Below are positions 41,966 through 42,950 of a DNA stretch of 42,950 nt, piece by piece (the stretch's first letter is position 1; the number at the start of each line of letters is the position of its first letter). Source of the stretch: a virus (lineage: Duplodnaviria > Heunggongvirae > Uroviricota > Caudoviricetes). Both the position numbers and the translations under genes were made by a program. Location: IMG/VR virus record IMGVR_UViG_2870479586_000005; one strand, given 5' to 3'. The notes under the pieces were generated by a model. It did no database searches. It worked only from the letters and a program-made list of their open reading frames with translations, and was not told the DNA's origin.

Positions 41966-42950
41966 CTGGATGCCGCCTCGTGTTTACCAGGGCAAAGCGG
42001 CCTACGAATTCAGGAATAAAGATAACAAAGCGATACGCCTGTGCGCATTGGATGCGCCACGATCAGCCGTATGGCTGGCATATGAAAAAGCGGTCGGTGA
42101 CGAAAAAGAAAGAAATACTTTTCAGGCGCTCGCGGAACAATTCATGACCTCCCCTGATTTTATGGATTTGGCAGTCGAAACCAGGAAAGACTACACAAAA
42201 TATTCCGGAAAAGTTCTGCCTGTCTTCGGGAAGATCGACCCGGATAAAATCAAACCTGAACATATTCGGCGCTATATGGATCAACGCGGTTTATCAAGCC
42301 GAACTCAGGCAAACAGGGAAAAAAGCTTTATGTCCCGGGTATTCCGTTGGGGTTATGAGCGAGGTTATGTCCAGAGGAATCCTTGCCAGGGAGTTAAGCA
42401 GTTTAAAGAGACAGCACGCGAACGTTATATTACGGATGAAGAATATCAGGCCGTTTATGAAGTGTCTCCTGACGTCGTTCGCGTGGCAATGGAGATTGCC
42501 TACTTATGCGTGGCCAGACAGAGTGATGTACTTTCATTGCAGAAAGACCAGCTGTTCAATTCCGGGATCTACATTCGTCAGGGAAAAACCGGCGTTAAGC
42601 AAATCAAAGCCTGGTCGCCTCGTCTGCAGAAAGCGATAGCTCTGGCTCGTTCTCTGCCATTAAAAACGGGAATCAGTAGCCTGTTTGTGATTCATCAAAC
42701 TACCGGTGGCAAGTACACCCGTGATGGTTTTAACTCTCGTTGGCGTGATGTCAAAGCGGCAGCACAGGAAAAATATCCTCATCTGCAAATAGACTTCACA
42801 TTTCATGATCTGAAAGCAAAAGGTATCTCTGATCTGGAAGGCAGCCTGGAAGAGAAGCAAGCAATTTCCGGGCATAAGAACCCACGACAGACAGCTGCCT
42901 ATGACCGAAAAGTTAAAGTAGTGCCCGTAGTTGGTGGCCAGAGAAAATGA
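41934..42950 (+). CDS. int: Tyrosine integrase
   Basis: Phage-integrase C-terminal motifs (..FTFHDLKAKG.. and ..GHKNPRQTAAYDR..). Preferred start MAGKRKN at 41934. The stop is the last codon of the window. Confidence 0.9.
   Translation: MAGKRKNPADNWMPPRVYQGKAAYEFRNKDNKAIRLCALDAPRSAVWLAYEKAVGDEKERNTFQALAEQFMTSPDFMDLAVETRKDYTKYSGKVLPVFGKIDPDKIKPEHIRRYMDQRGLSSRTQANREKSFMSRVFRWGYERGYVQRNPCQGVKQFKETARERYITDEEYQAVYEVSPDVVRVAMEIAYLCVARQSDVLSLQKDQLFNSGIYIRQGKTGVKQIKAWSPRLQKAIALARSLPLKTGISSLFVIHQTTGGKYTRDGFNSRWRDVKAAAQEKYPHLQIDFTFHDLKAKGISDLEGSLEEKQAISGHKNPRQTAAYDRKVKVVPVVGGQRK

Noticed and set aside
1-42950. CRISPR arrays, IS elements or transposases, reverse transcriptase (retron/DGR), rRNA genes, and invertible tail-fibre segments.
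   Set aside because: I saw no regularly spaced direct repeats, no transposase-like or RT-like ORFs, no terminal inverted repeats, and no invertase gene or duplicated fibre C-termini.

Overview
The window is almost entirely one mosaic, enterobacterial-type temperate prophage. The integrase stop codon is the last base of the window, and no att site is included.

Layout:
- 1-19.3 kb (minus strand): late genes. A P2-order contractile-tail block (V-W-J-I-H-G-FI-FII-E/E'-T-U-X-D) is joined to a lambda-type head and packaging block (Nu1/A-like terminase, gpW, portal, S49 protease, decoration protein, gpE-family capsid).
- 19.3-22.97 kb: candidate cos site, a lysis cassette, then Q antiterminator with DUF1364 and DUF1367 genes.
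- 23.0-31.9 kb: accessory island in the nin position.
- 31.7-36.75 kb (minus strand): nin-type ORFs, DnaB-like helicase, O-like initiator with internal ori iterons, YdaT-like and Cro-like genes.
- 36.8-42.95 kb (plus strand): a cI-like repressor with no S24 autopeptidase domain, a predicted PL with an ORF-free ~0.85 kb leader, then a giant Rad52-like protein, a Gp157-like protein, DUF4224 and integrase.

Main hunting ground: the accessory island. It holds three items of interest.
1. A stand-alone ImmA/IrrE metallopeptidase gene followed by a gene for a disordered protein with two C-terminal TM helices. A LexA-box-like site lies upstream.
2. An AT-rich 4.4-kb cargo block bracketed by a 76-bp direct repeat. 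It carries a DUF2971 protein, an 81-aa ORF and a 291-aa zinc-ribbon protein, with a conserved hairpin motif at two cassette ends, plus a DUF1311 lipoprotein.
3. A second LexA-box-like site overlapping a sigma70-like promoter for a 59-aa ORF just upstream of the Q module.

I cannot assign any of these to a named defence system from sequence alone. All are hypotheses.

Technical point: seven reading-frame breaks (tape measure x2, sheath, gpV, a morphogenesis gene, a holin N-terminus, a nin HTH gene) each sit on a homopolymer run. Each is repaired by adding exactly one base. This suggests homopolymer under-calling rather than true decay.
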